From Phyllosticta citribraziliensis (taxonomy: Eukaryota), in the NCBI RefSeq assembly GCF_038025025.1, contig NW_027117339.1, positions 1,674,001-1,738,000 of the forward strand: DNA of 64,000 nt, in the 5' to 3' direction. The notes under the pieces are model-generated. The model saw only the letters and a program-made list of their open reading frames with translations. It did not search any database and was not told where the DNA came from. Position 1 is the first letter of the stretch, and each line of letters begins with the position of its first letter. The position numbers and the translations under genes were made by a program. Below, piece after piece: positions 23,547 through 36,976 of the stretch.

Positions 23547-26500
23547 TTACTTGACAATCTTGCAGATCAAGTCCTGAGAGTCGACGGAGTCGCCCTCCTT
23601 GACCAAGAGGTCGCCAATCTTGCCCGAGTGCGGTGCACTGATCACCATTTCCTGCCATCGTCGTTAGCACTCGTATTATTGAATTCAAAGCTGATAGCAC
23701 TTACCATCTTCATGGCGCTGAGAACAGCAACAGGGTCACCCTTCTTGACTTCAGAGTCATTGTGCACGCGCACCTCGACCACAACACCAGCCATCGGCGA
23801 GCCGACCTGGCTGCTGTCGTTGACGTCGGCCTTGGGCCTGCTGGTGTTCTCAATGGCAGCGTGCTTGTCCTCAACGGTGACCTGGCGGACTTCTCCGTTC
23901 ATCTCGTAGAAGACCTCACGCTGGCCGGTCTGCTCCGAGAGCGGTCCAATCGCAAGCAACTTGAGAATGAGAACCTTGCCCTTCTCGAGCTCGACGTGGA
24001 ACTCCTCGCCAATTTCAGGCTTGGAAAGAAAGAAGCGAGTCGGCAGGACGGAAAGGTCACCGTACTGCTTCTGCCACTTCTTGAAGTCCTCCCAGACCTT
24101 GGGATACATGACGTAGCTTGCAACATCCGATTCGCTGGCGCCGCCCCACTTCTCCTTGAGGTCCTTGCGGACCTGTTCGAAGTTAATGGGCTCGAGGTAG
24201 AGGCCAGGACGCTTGTCCATCTTGCGACGTTCGCGCAGAGCTTGCGTGCGGAGGGGCTCGGGGAAACCACCGTACGGCTGGCCCATGAGACCTTCGAAGA
24301 ATTCAAGCACAGAGCTGGGGAAATCAAGCTGGCTTGCCTTCTGGATGACATCGTCTTTGGAGAGGCCGTTGGATACCATGAACTGAGCGAGGTCACCGAC
24401 GACCTTGGAAGTGGGAGTGACCTTGACAATGTCGCCTAGAACGTCGTTGGCCTCCTCGTAGGCCTTCTTGGTCTGAGCCCATTGCTCGCCAAGACCTTGC
24501 TGAGTGGCCTGGAAAATGAGGTTGGTAAGCTGACCACCGGGAATTTCGTGTTCGTAAACTTCAGGGTCAGGTCCAGTAAGTCCAGCCTCGAACGGAGAGT
24601 ACAATAGACGAAGTTGAGCCCAGTAGCTGTCGAGATGACGAATGACGTGACCGTCGAGACCGGGGTCGTGAGGACCACCCTCGAGCGAGGCGAGAATGGC
24701 ACCAACACTTGGCTGAGAGGTCATTCCGGACATGCTGTCGGTGGCAGCATCGACAGCATCGGCGCCAGCCTGAGCACAGGCGACCATGGCGGCGACACCG
24801 GTACCGGCCGAGTCGTGAGTGTGCACGTGAATAGGCAGGTCAGGGTACTTCTCCCTGATGGCTCCGATGAGCTTGGTTGCAGCCCTGGGTTTCAAGACAC
24901 CGGCCATGTCCTTGATACCGAGGACGTGAGCGCCCATCTTGACAATTCTATCGACAAGGCTCATGTAGTACTCGAAGTTGTACTTCTTCTGGGGGTTCAG
25001 CACTGCACACTTGTTAGCATAGAAAGACGAGGGTGGCACGAATGCTCCTTGGCTGTCGCCGCTGGACAGGAGAGGGTGAACACGAATGCTCCCTGACTGT
25101 CGCCGACCGCTGACAGGAGAGCGGGGACAGGAGAACGAAAACGGGAACGGGAGAACACTCACTATCGCCTGAGTAGCACATTGTCGCCTCAGCAACACCG
25201 CCGGCCTTGAGAACGGCCTTGACGCCAACCTCGAGCTGCTCAACATCGTTGAGAGCATCAAAAACGCGGAAGATATCGACACCGTTTTTCTTGGCCTGCT
25301 CGACAAAGTGCTCAATGGCGTTGTCGGGAAGGGACGAGTAGGCAACACCGTTGGCGCCTCTGAGAAGCATCTGGAACGGAATGTTGGGAACGAGCTTCCT
25401 CATCTTCCTCAGGCGCTCCCAGGGGTCCTCGTAGAGGAATCGCATGGCCACGTCAAAGGTGGCTCCACCCCAACACTCGAGAGCCCATGCGTTGGAGTAG
25501 GCGTGGCTAGTCTCCTTAGCAATGTTGAGCAGGTCGACAGTCCTCACGCGAGTGGCGAGCAAGGACTGGTGAGCATCACGCCAGGTGGTGTCCATGATCA
25601 GACAGCCCTTGTTGGCACGGACAGCCTTCGCAAAGCCCTTAGGACCTTGCTCGAGGAGGACGTTCCTCCAGCCCTTGGGGCAAGGCTCCGTGGCATCAAT
25701 CGCCTTTCCTTCGCTGGTGTGAAGCGTGGGAATCTTGATCTCGCCCTTGAACTTGGGCTCGCCGACTTGGCCCTTGATCTGACTGCCGTTGACGGCAAGG
25801 TCACCAAGGTATGAGAGCAGCTTTTGAGCGCGGTTCTGACTGCCGATGAGGGCGAACAACTCGGGGGTATCATCAATAAATGTCGTCCAGCAGTTGCCGT
25901 CGATAAAGACTGGGTGCGTAAGAAGAGAAGTGAGGAAGGGAATGTTGGTCTTGACGCCGCGAATACGGAACTCGACGAGAGCCCGAATCATCTTTCTCCG
26001 GGCGATCTCATAGGTGGAACCATGGCAGGTGCACTTGACCAACATGGAGTCGTAGAAAGGTGTGATGACGGCGCCAGCAAAACCGTTGCCACCGTCCAGG
26101 CGAACACCGTTACCACCAGCAGAGCGGTAGACTTCGATCTTGCCCGTGTCGGGCTTGAAGCCGCCCGCGGGATCCTCGGTGGTGATACGACACTGAATGG
26201 CAAATCCACGGGTCGAGATGCGATCCTGGGTCAAACCAAGTTGCGCAAGCGAAGCCCCCGCTGCAATCTGGATCTGGGCCGCGACAACATCGATGCCCGT
26301 GATCTCTTCGGTAATGGTATGCTCGACTTGGCTATACAGGCATTAGCTCATTATTCCGAAACGCAAAATTGAGCTTCTCCACAACTTACATGCGGGGGTT
26401 GATCTCGATGAAGTAGTAACGATTTTGTTGGTCCACCAGGAATTCCGCAGTGCCAGCATTGCGGTAGTTGACCGACTTGGCGAGCTTGACGGCGTCGGCG

Positions 26501-27696
26501 AGGATGGCGTCGCGCGTCTCGACGGGCAGGTCCTTTGCAGGGGCAATCTCAACAACCTTTTGGTGACGACGCTGGACAGAGCAGTCACGCTCGTACAGGT
26601 GCACCACGTTTCCGTGGTTGTCACCCAGAAGCTGAACCTCAATGTGTTTGGGCTTGTCCAGGAAGCGCTCAACAAAAACGGTGCCGTTGCCAAAGGCAGA
26701 CTTGGCCTCGGAAGTTGCACGCTCAAATGAGTCTTTCAGGCTCTCCTGGTCGCGCACAACACGCATGCCACGGCCACCACCACCAAAGGCAGCCTTGATA
26801 ATAATGGGGAACCCATATTGGTCGGTGAAATCCTTGACCTCTTCGAACCTCTCGACAGGGCCTTCGGTACCCGGGACGACTGGGACGTTGGCCTTGATGG
26901 CGACCTTGCGCGCCGAGACCTTGTCACCGAGAGCGTCAATGGTTTCGGGCTTGGGGCCGACAAACTAAAATGGTGGTACGGTCAGCAGCTGGATCTTGCA
27001 TTTCAGCGACGTCGCGTCGTGCAGGTGTTGAGGCTCTTGGCGGGGTGACGCCAAGCAGCTGGCAGCGCTGAGCATTGTTGCAGCACCGCCCACATGCCAC
27101 ATGCGGCAGCTGGGCGGCGCGCTAGTGGGTGGATAGCGGCGGCCAATGACGGTGCAAACAGAATTTCGTAAACAAAAAGCAGAGCTCACTCACAATCAAA
27201 CCAGCCTTCTCCACCTTGCGAGCGAAGTCGGCATTCTCAGACAAGAAACCGTAGCCCGGGTGGATCATGTTGACCTCGTGCTGCAGCGCAATTTTGATGA
27301 TTTCATCGCCGGCGAGGTAGGCTCCCACGGGGGTGAACTGGCCGCGCTTGCCAATGACGTAGGCCTCGTCTGCCTTTTGGCGATGCATGCTGAGGCGGTC
27401 CTCATAGCTGTAGACGGCGACTGTGTGCAGTGACAGCTCGTGGGCGGTACGGAAGATGCGGATGGGGATTTCACCACGGTTGGCGACTGTGGAATTGGTC
27501 TGAGCATGCAAGTTTGGCGGGCGGGCGGGCGCAACAATGAAACGGACTCACCCAGGAGCTTCTTCAGCTGCATGATGGAGCTGTTGGCGCGCAACCGCTG
27601 GTGAACCGAGTTCCTCTTGTCGACGTGGTCGTCATCGTCGTCAACGACGGCGACAGCCTGGCTAGGACGCCTGTCGGTCCAGATGCCGTCCGACAT
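23547..27696 (-). CDS. PYC1: pyruvate carboxylase
   Basis: Exons 27696-27552, 27486-27194, 26964-26390, 26331-25163, 25002-23705 and 23651-23547. Motifs [60 protein letters not shown] and the biotin site AMKMEM. Confidence 0.98.
25037..25121. repeat. degenerate ~44-nt tandem duplication inside pyruvate carboxylase intron 4
   Basis: CACGAATGCTCCTTGGCTGTCGCCGCTGGACAGGAGAG at 25037 versus CACGAATGCTCCCTGACTGTCGCCGACCGCTGACAGGAGAG at 25081. Confidence 0.8.
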
Positions 27697-29035
27697 GGTG
27701 AAGGAGTGAGAATTGGGTCGATGTGAGGAAGGGCGAGAGGGTTGTCGGGAGAGAGGAAGCAGACGGGCGCGGCGGGCTTTTTGACTTGACAAAGGGTTAT
27801 GCACGGTAAGGTATTGATGAGCCAGCCAGGTGTGCCAGGGTAGGCAGGAGGGGTAGCTACCTACAGACAGTCAAAAGCAAAAGCTCGAGCACAAGGAACC
27901 AGCCAGCTGCCGTGCGTCACGACCTGACGGGCTTGGGAGCAGAAGCTTTGGCCGCCCGTTGATAACAATTGCTCAATCAATCGTCAAGCTACATGTACCT
28001 GTGCCCTTCAACCTCATACCTGCTCTACCCGTCGCCCGGTTGGCTTTAGCCCGCGCTGCAGCTCGAGCGGCCGCTACTTTTGACGCCTCTCGCGCTCCTC
28101 GGCACACCTCTCCGTCGCCTTCCCTTCGTCCAGCTCCCATTGACTCCCTCGGATCGCCGCTTTGCTTCGGCTAGCGAGGGGGCAGCAAGAGTCATCATCG
28201 GTCTTCGGTGTATTCTCGCAGGAGCCCCCTTGCGCCTGTGTCCATCCAGGTGTCGATCCCCGCTGCGATGGCGGAGTCGTCACCACCACCACCGCATCAC
28301 CACCATTATAAATGGCCCTGTCCACATTCGCACTGCCGCGCTGCACCTCGTCACCGCATCCATCCATCCCACTCTCCGTACTCCGTATTTCCTCTGTACA
28401 TCCCATGCCAAGCCCGCTCCCCACCCGCTCCGCCAGCAGGGCAGGCCTCCCGTCTGACCCGTCCGTGACCCTCAACGAAACACTCCGCCAACTATCTGTA
28501 CCCTCGTGTATGTACCATGCTGTCTCGTGTCTATGCCCTGTCTCTCTCTCATCGCGATCTTCTCTGTGACACGTCTGCCACTCAGTCCCGCACCCACTTC
28601 CCACTGCTGACTCGCGGCATTCCAATCTCCATCGAGCCCAGCAACCCCACCCTCACTACGTCGTCGAGCGGAATCAGGAATCCCCTGTGCAGTGCAGAAG
28701 CCAGATGCAGCATTTACTGCCTCAAAGAGGACCAGTCGAATTACAAAATACAGTTCAAGTGTGAATCTTTTTCGAAATGCAAAAAACGTCCTTTCCTTTC
28801 GTCAACGCTCATCAGTAGTACATTTCCCCTCCACCTGGTTGCCCTGTACGGATCCCGACGTGAGAAAAAAGAAAGCCCCGAATCCTGTTCAACAAGACCA
28901 CATCCATGCAGAGCCCGTGACCTAGCACCTCATAGTTCCGTGGAACGGCCCGTCATAACGAAAGTAGAAAGGTCGTGGCAGTTGCTGGTCTGTTCCCACA
29001 ACCCCCGTCCATGCCCAGAAAGCATTCGTCAACGC

Positions 29036-32000
29036 CTAGAAAGCTCGGTAGCCCGTGGGCTGAGGCGCAATTCCATTGGGCTGTCCATAGGGAGCTGCTG
29101 GCGCCGGCGTGCTCGGACCCTGCGTGAGCATGAGACGCGAGGCCCCGAGGATGGGGGTGCTCTCGTCATTCTTCTGCTGCGAGGCCTCGCGCGCCTTGCG
29201 CTCCTCGTTGTCTTTCTTCAGCTGCTCAATCGTCGCCGACTGCTGACAGAGGAAGTTGATCATGTATGGCTAAAAACACGTCAGTTTCACAACCCAATCA
29301 CAGTCATCTTCTTGTGCCCAACTTACCATGGTAAAGTCGTGGAGGCCGTTACGCCACGACACCTCCAAGATGACGTCGGGGCGAATCAGATCGTAACAGG
29401 CGTAAAGCATGCCAACGTAGCACTCGCGGCTGCCAATGTCGACAAACTGTACACACGTCAGCTGATGTGCAACAACACTCAGATATTGCACTTACGTAGC
29501 GGAGAAGCTCCTCGACGACGTCCGGCTTGCCAGACATGGCAGCCGTCTCGATGGCGTCCTTGAACAGCTTGTCTTGCTTGGACAAGGCAATCGACTTGTC
29601 CCAACGCTTGTTCTTGCGGTAAATGTTGGCGGCAATCTGTCTGAAGAAAACGAGGTCGTGCTTCTCCAGGCGCTGGGCAAGCTCGACCGCATCGTAGTTG
29701 TCGTAGTTCTCGACAGAGTCGCGAAGAGTCTTGTAGTCCTCCTCCTCGATGAGCAAGTCGTTGATCGCTATGTTGACTGCCCTCTTGTTTTTGGTCTGGA
29801 CGTTAAGGAGGAAAGGCTTGATGAGAGGGATGTTGTCCGACTTCTCAAACATGCGGACAACGCGGTTGACGTCAATCCTGGGAGTCAGGGCCTGCAAGAG
29901 GTCCGTCAACAGCGATGGCTGTTCTTGCAGGTAGAAGTTGAGAGCACGGTAGTAGATTTCCAGGTTGGCAACTTTGACGACCGTGTCCTTGAACGAGTGG
30001 TGTTCCCAGGCGTCGGCGGCGCGCTCCATCATGGCCAATGCCGCATTGTCGGGCTCGTCATAGTGGACGTACAGGAAGACAAGCTCGGGCCACAAGTGAG
30101 CCTCCTCGCAAGCACGAATCATCTTAGGGATGTTGATGCGGGACCAGAATAGGCGGAGGTGCTCCATAACGCGCTCGGGGTGATATTTGGAAAGAGCAAT
30201 ACCGAGCTCCGTGAACATGCCCATGTGGGCGCGTTCAAGACCGAGACCAGCTTCAAGGAGGGAGATGAGCTCATCAAAGTAGCCATTCCTCTCGTACTGC
30301 TTAACGAGGTCCGACAGCTCTTCGGCATGAACGATGAGGTTGAGACCGCAGATCTGGGCGAGGCGGAACTCCTTCTTAGCAACGCAGGCCTCGTTGACTT
30401 GCTTCCACACCTTGGTGCTGTTGGCCTTGCGAGCGCACTCGACTGCAGCCTGGTAGTCTTCCAAGTGGACGAGAGTGGTGGCAAGCTTGGCCCAGTTGGA
30501 GATGCTGGTGTAGAAAATCTTGGCAGCCTCGTGGTAGCCCTCCTCATAGGCCTTGTCACCCGAAGCTTCAACGTCAGCCACGTTGGTGGCACGGAGGAAG
30601 TCCTCCAATTCGGCGAGCTGGTTGGTCCTGGCAAAGCAGAAGGCCAGACCAGTGTCGATCGGAGGCTCGCGAAGAGTCTTGCGGGCCATTCTGAGGAACT
30701 TAATCAAGTCCTCGTCCTTTCCAGCATGCGTAGCAATCTCAATGACCTCATTGTAGTTGGACGGGTCCTGTGCGCGAATGTAGGATTCGATCGAGTCTGT
30801 CACGCGGAGACCATCGAGTTGAGCCTTTGCAACCTTGCTCCAGACCTCGGGCAAGTCGACACGGTCCGCATACTCTTGAGCGCGATCAATGCTGACGATG
30901 TGATCGACGAGGACACTGACGGCGTCCAGATGGTTGTTGTGCTTCTTGTGAATCTCGAAAGCCTCATCGTACATGCCGAGCTCGATACACTGGGCAGCAA
31001 TGTCGTCGGGAGTGTAGTGCTCCAGTTGCTGAATGTAGCCCATCAGACGACCCTTGTCAGACTTGGCAGCCGTGAGCATGAGCAGGTTCTGCAAGGTTGG
31101 GTTGTCGCTGAAAGCAGAAGGCTCGAGGATGATCTTCTCCAGCAGGTCAATGAGCTCGCCAGGCAGATCATTGCTGATAAAGGCCTTGACCGCAATGGAG
31201 ACCTTATCGGGCTCCTGAGACTCGGGAACGGCAGTGGCAATGACCTGGTCAACGACGGATCTTCTGAAGAGGTTGTTCGAGCTCAGGACGTAGTCCCAGA
31301 TCTCAGGGTCAGAGCGCCCCAACAGATATCTCGCCTGAGCCTTGAACATGGAGTTCTCATTGGTAATGTTGATGAGCTCCAAGTCATTCTGGCCCTTTTG
31401 GTACGCAATGAATGCCAGGTTGGGGTCACGAGCCTCACAGTATTTGCCGACAGTCAGAGTGTCGTACTGGTCGTTCTCGCGGAGGAACTTTTCGGGGTTG
31501 TTGTTGCTGTCGATGTAAATCTTGGCCAGGGCGTTGTAGACAGCTTGCTGCTGGTTGCCGCTTGCAAGGGTTGCCTCGAGGAATGGGAGCAGCAGCTTCA
31601 GGCGGTTGCGGGACTCAACCTCGGAGACGAGCTCATCAATCGGAATCGACGCAGGATTGACGGACTGCAACAAGCTCTTGATGATGTTCTCGTCGCAGTC
31701 GACGTCTAGAAGACCGCCGATGACACCGGGAGTCCGAGAGGGGTTGACGCGCTGAACGTACACCTCAATGGACTTGAACTGCTGCTGCTTGTAGAGGTAC
31801 AGGACCAAGTCGTGAACAAAGTTATAGCGGTCACAAACGATGATGAGGGGAAGTTGCTCGGGGAGCTTGGCCTCCTTGAGGAAGTTCTTGACCTTCTCAG
31901 GGTCGTAGAAGTTGTTCTCCCTGCAAATGCGCTCCACCTCATTGAGCTGACTCATGGCAGTAGCGGCTTCAATGTACTTGAAGACGACTTCCTTGTCTTC

Positions 32001-34354
32001 GCTCAGGTTGACAATCCCACCGAGGTAGTAGTACAGACCCTCGGCAGTGCGGTACTTCTCGAGGAGGTCGATGATGCGAGAAGGGCCCAATAGATCCGAG
32101 TACTTTTGAGCAATGCGAATGACGGCTTGCAGGTTCTGGCGAATGTTGACCTTCAACATTTCATCCAGGCAGTCAAGAGAGAGCTCCACAGTAAGATGGC
32201 CGAAGTAGTTGATGAGCCACTCCTCGGGAAGCTTGTCGGTCTGAACGATGATGCGCTTGATTGCACCAGGGTCGTCGTTGTGCTCCAGGGCCCTGGTCAA
32301 AAGGCCAGCATTCTCGCAAAGCGAAGCGACACGGGCCTTGTCATAGTGAGAAAACATTTCGTTGCCAAGGATGGCGTCTGCGACTTGGGGAGCGTTAAGG
32401 AGGTTCATCTCGAGGAGCTTCGTCTGCAGGTGGCCCTGCTCCGGTAGGTTCGGCGCCAGGACGTCGAGCAGGAAAGCAGTGCATTGCTGCACCATTCCCT
32501 GGGACTGGAAAATGTCGACCACGCGGTCAATGTCAATCAGAGGCCCGCTCTCTTCCTTTGCCAGGGCAGTTGCAAACTCGGCACCCTTCTCAGGGTTTAC
32601 ACGAACAATGTGCTGGAGCAAGACCGTGAAGTCAGGGGTGTAGCCGCTCTGCTTGGCGTATGGCAGAATTTCGTCAAAGCGGCCAAGCTCTGCGAGAGCA
32701 GCCACGACCTTCTGAGAAGAGCCTGCCTGCTGGTAAATGGTCAAAGCCAGGTTCAAGTCGTGAAGCCTGACAATGTCACCGAGCTGCTCGGAGCATTCCA
32801 GCTTCCCCTCACCCAACCACTTTTCCAGGAGGTGCTTGCGGCCTTGCTGCAGGACGGGGCGAACGAGTTCAAGAGTTTCGTATTGGTTCAACTTGCCCTT
32901 GTCGAGCAGCATACCAAAGTACTGCAGGATGACGGAGAGCTGGCCTTGTTGAGCAGGGGCTTGCTTGAATCGCTCAATCGTTTGAGGAGTGCGCAAGAAT
33001 CCACGGGGAGAGTTCGCTGCAGTCTTTGCCGCCTCGGCATATTGGCCGGAAGCCAACAGGTTCTCGAATTGCTGCTCGTACAGGTTGTCGGCACCGGGGA
33101 GGCCTGCCCGTGAAGCCAGTTTGTACGCCAACTCCGCATTCGCAGGATTCTGCAACAGGTAGGGTATCACTGTGTTTTCATCGAGGGTGACCGAAAGGAC
33201 CTGACCCTTGCGGTTGACGCCAACAATTCCCTCCGACTCCGAGTCGGGGGCCGTGACGAAGATGGTGTCGCTCGAAATGCGGTTCATGAAGATACAAGTG
33301 CCAGATTCCAGGTCGTAGAGGTGGATGAATCCGTACTTGGTGACCAGATAGATGACGTTGTACTTTTGCGACACCTGCATGGCGACCGGAAAGTCGTTGG
33401 TAGCCTCCGGAGGGAAAAAGACATCCACAGCTCTCTTGGGGAACGTAGGGTTGCCGGCCTGGTGGTCAATCTCTACCACGTGCAGCTTTGCGCCCGTCGC
33501 AGTTCGCACGGCGAACGTGAAAACCTTGGTATCTGCCGGCGCGCCCTCCAGGCGCAGAGTTCCGAATGCCGCGGCGTGGCCCTCAATGTTCTGGCTGATT
33601 CCGCGGTCCCGCGAGTACAACTGCATAGCACCGACGACCCGACCCTGCTGTTGAGAAATTCCAACAATGACCGACCACTTCTCCTCGTCATTGACGCGGT
33701 AGTTGATGATCTGACATCCTGCAAGGTTGGGATTCCGGTCGAATATCTTGACGGGCGACGCTTGGTTTGGATCGAAAATGTTCCAGTGGTAGACCGAGTT
33801 GTCCGTGACAAGACCCAGACTCGTTTCACTGTACCACTTCCAGAAGACAACATCCTCGTTCATTGTAGTGGACTTGAGCTTGGCCTTTGCCGACAGGTCG
33901 AAGATCTGGAGTGTCCGCTGCTGGGCCTTGAGCGCGATAATCTGCTTGTTCCAGTGCAGGATGGCACTGTCGGCCTTGATGGGCCTCCGGATGATGTTGT
34001 TGCCATTCTTGAGGTCGATTATGATGACTTCGGGCGATGCGGTCTGGTCGGTCTGCTGCCTGACACAAATGTAATGATCTGACTCGAGAGTCTGGTAGAC
34101 GTGTCAATTGCGCATCTTCAAATGGAGATTGGTATCATCGAGAGAAACTTACACACGAGTTGAATCCTATCGACGAAGGCTGTTTGGCGGTCAGCGCAAA
34201 GCTCTGGTGTTAGTCTCCTTCGCGGAGCGGTCTACGTACGAGGATGTCCACTTGCGTCAACTGCGAGGTTCAACTGTCAGCTCTTATGCATACCGGAATA
34301 GCTAGCGCAGCATACCTGGAGTAGCTCGGAAAACTTAATGGGAAGAGGCGCCAT
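29036..34354 (-). CDS. CHC1: clathrin heavy chain
   Basis: Exons 34354-34316, 34260-34240, 34179-34153, 34091-29496, 29446-29327 and 29269-29036. The spliced N-terminus reads MAPLPIKFSELLQLTQVDILPSSIGFNSCTLESDHYICVR. Propeller (RRPIKADSAILHW, DFPVAMQ) and CHCR repeats (GLGLERAHMGMFTEL). Confidence 0.99.
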
Positions 34355-35911
34355 GGCTGCTAGCTTGCGGGATTGCGATTCGGAAAAGCCAGCTCATCAA
34401 CACGTCTCGACGCCGCCGGGAATTAGGTAAGGAGAGGGGAATCAAGAGGAAGAAAGCCGACAAGCTAGGCGCCCAACTTGCGGGTAGGAGAGTCGCGGTA
34501 GAAGGAGAGGTTTGGGTGAGTAATAGAGGTGATGCTGGGTGGACAAGGTAGCGTACTGTCAGGAGTCGGTTGCTCCCCAAAGTCGGCGGCGAGCTACGGC
34601 CAAACTGCGCTAGGCCCGACTAGGCAGCGGGAGGTGCACCTTGGCGCCAACTCTGGGGGAGCATCACTCGACCACAAACACATTTCGCAAATAGCACTGA
34701 CTCTGAGCATCTTGAGAACACATATTTCTTCAAGGATCGAGCATTTAATGGCCTAGCCTGGAGCCTCATTTTTCATTTTCTTCTGGTTTCTCCGCAGTTT
34801 GAAAGACGCCATTACAATCTACAAAGCATCAATTCTGAACTACTTCTAGGAGAGCAAACTGCTGTTGCCCGCTCAAAAGGCCACCTTGAGGAATTGGAGC
34901 CAACCAGATTCTAGTAGAGCAGTCTGTGACCAATTCCAGCTCCCGATGCTGTACCTATATAGGTGTTGAGGCTTTGCGACGTCATCGGGGAAGCCGCTGG
35001 AGCTCGTGCCGTAGCGCCACAGCCATAGCGCGTCAAACGCGAAAAGTCTCTACTTCACCCATATGCGCGACTTTGAATCATCCTATTGGAGCAACCTCTC
35101 AGTCTGCAAGAACTGCACTTGAGATTTGGTCAGGCCAGGTGTCTTGTTCGCGGTTGGTCTGACCCTTGGCTCAACATAGCAGCGGTACAGGAGTAAAGCA
35201 CAGGAGTACTTTCAAAATGGCATTTCCCACTGTCATATAGAGAAATTGACTGGGCAGAAAGTGGCCAGTTCCTCCCAAACACAGTTCTCAAGAGATGCTT
35301 GATTGCAGATGCAACGAAATGATACTCGCTGACCCATGAGCCCCCTTCTGCGAATTCAATTGTACGTATCGAAAGACGTAACCCTCTCGGCTACTCGTAT
35401 TGATCCCATCTTGGATCCGCGCAGCTTCGACAAGCCCTAAGCTCCATCATGATGCAGTCTACGTGCAAATCATGGAAAGACATCTGGCTTACTGCGAGAT
35501 CGGACCCCCGAGAGAGAGACTGCACCTCTGCGCGAATGCAGTCGCATCGTCATTTGGCTTTGATGGAGTAGAACAATGAGCTTGGAGCTGCGATTGGCAT
35601 CGCAACCTGAGATTATATGCAAGCCGGCTGCAACAATCGTCAACTTGGCTTTGTTCAAGGCTGAGGCTGTTGGGTTGGGCATGTGAGCTCATGCGGCCAT
35701 GGCTGAGGATGCCCGAAGTTTAGCGAGGGGAACTCCCGGTCAGAACTCTGACAAGGCGCCGCCTCTTTGAGAAACTGATCTTTCGGATTCCGCAACCACT
35801 CCAGTCTATTGTCCACCGCTCGGTACTCCCGCACTCTCCCCCAACCTTGATCGCTATCCTTCTTTCTTTGGCTTCGCGTCTGGACTTCGAGTTCAGCTCA
35901 AAAACGACAAG

Positions 35912-36976
35912 ATGCCTCCAAGCAAGTGGGGTACGTCACATATTCGGCCTGTCCTGATTTCTTGTCCGCTCCGAAGCGCGACTCCATTTTTGGCACTGCA
36001 CCGTAGCTCTGGCTGACCGCGATTCTTCCAACAGACGATGAAAGCGAAGAGGACACCCCCGTCGTACCCGTTGCGCGCCGCAGCAAGTGGGATGACGAGG
36101 AGGAAGACGACGTACGCCCGCGCGCCCTACCTCCGATACTCGGACTGACCCTGCCCTAGGTTCTAGACTCCTGGGACGCCGAAGAGGACTCTGAAGTTGA
36201 ACGGGAGAAGGCCAAGAAGGCCGAAGAGGCCAAGGCTAAGGCAGAGGCTGAAGCTAAAGCCAGCCATAAGAGCAAGGCCAAGAGAATCGAGGACCGCATC
36301 GCGGAGAACAGGAGGAGGAAGGAAGAGGCCGAAAATGCCTACGACAGCGACGACGATGAGGCCACTCGCCGCTTGAAGGCTCGCAAGAACGAAATGGACG
36401 CCGACCTTGCCGCTGCCGAGGATCTCTTTGGCGAAATGGACGTTGGCGACAGGCGGCCCCCCAAGAAGGATGATGAAGAGCTCTTTGGCGATGCTGCCTT
36501 CGGCAAGAAGCGCGGCACCAACAAGGCTATCACTCTCACCGACAAGTCCGATCCGACCAAGACTGTCGAGCTCTCCTCCCTGTCCATTTTCAACCCCACC
36601 ACCAAGGACGAATTCCACAAGCTGCGCGAGACCCTGGTCCCTCTTCTCGTTGCAAACTCCAAGAAGCCTCAGTACGCCATCTTCCTGCAAGAGTTCTCCA
36701 AGCAAATCGCCAAGGACCTCCCAAGCGAGCAGATCAAGAAGATTGCCAGTGGAATGACTACGCTGTCGAACGAGAAGCTCAAGGAGGAGAAGGCCGCTGA
36801 GAAGGGCGGCAAGAAGAGCAAGGCTGCCAAGACCAAGGTCAACCTGAATGCGTCTCGCGATGTTGCGCACAAGCCCGACACCGCTACGTATGACGACGAC
36901 TTTGGCGAGTAAGTTTTGACAGCTGCACGAAGAGTCTTGAGTTGTGCTGACAAGCCACAGTGACGATTTCATGTGA
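35912..36976 (+). CDS. HCR1: eukaryotic translation initiation factor 3 subunit J
   Basis: Exons 35912-35930, 36035-36111, 36160-36908 and 36961-36976. MPPSKWDDE, acidic VLDSWDAEED, DADLAAAEDLFG, and the terminal DDDFGDDDFM typical of eIF3j. Confidence 0.93.

Noticed and set aside
28517..29563. 348-aa + ORF spanning the PYC promoter and the CHC1 3' end
   Set aside because: Half is antisense to CHC1 and the rest resembles UTR or promoter sequence. No domain or coding bias.
30159..31709. 516-aa + strand ORF, and other long ORFs antisense to CHC1, PYC, PRP28, PMM, eIF3m and DPH4
   Set aside because: Antisense shadows of strongly codon-biased genes. The translations are V/L/D/G-rich with no motifs.
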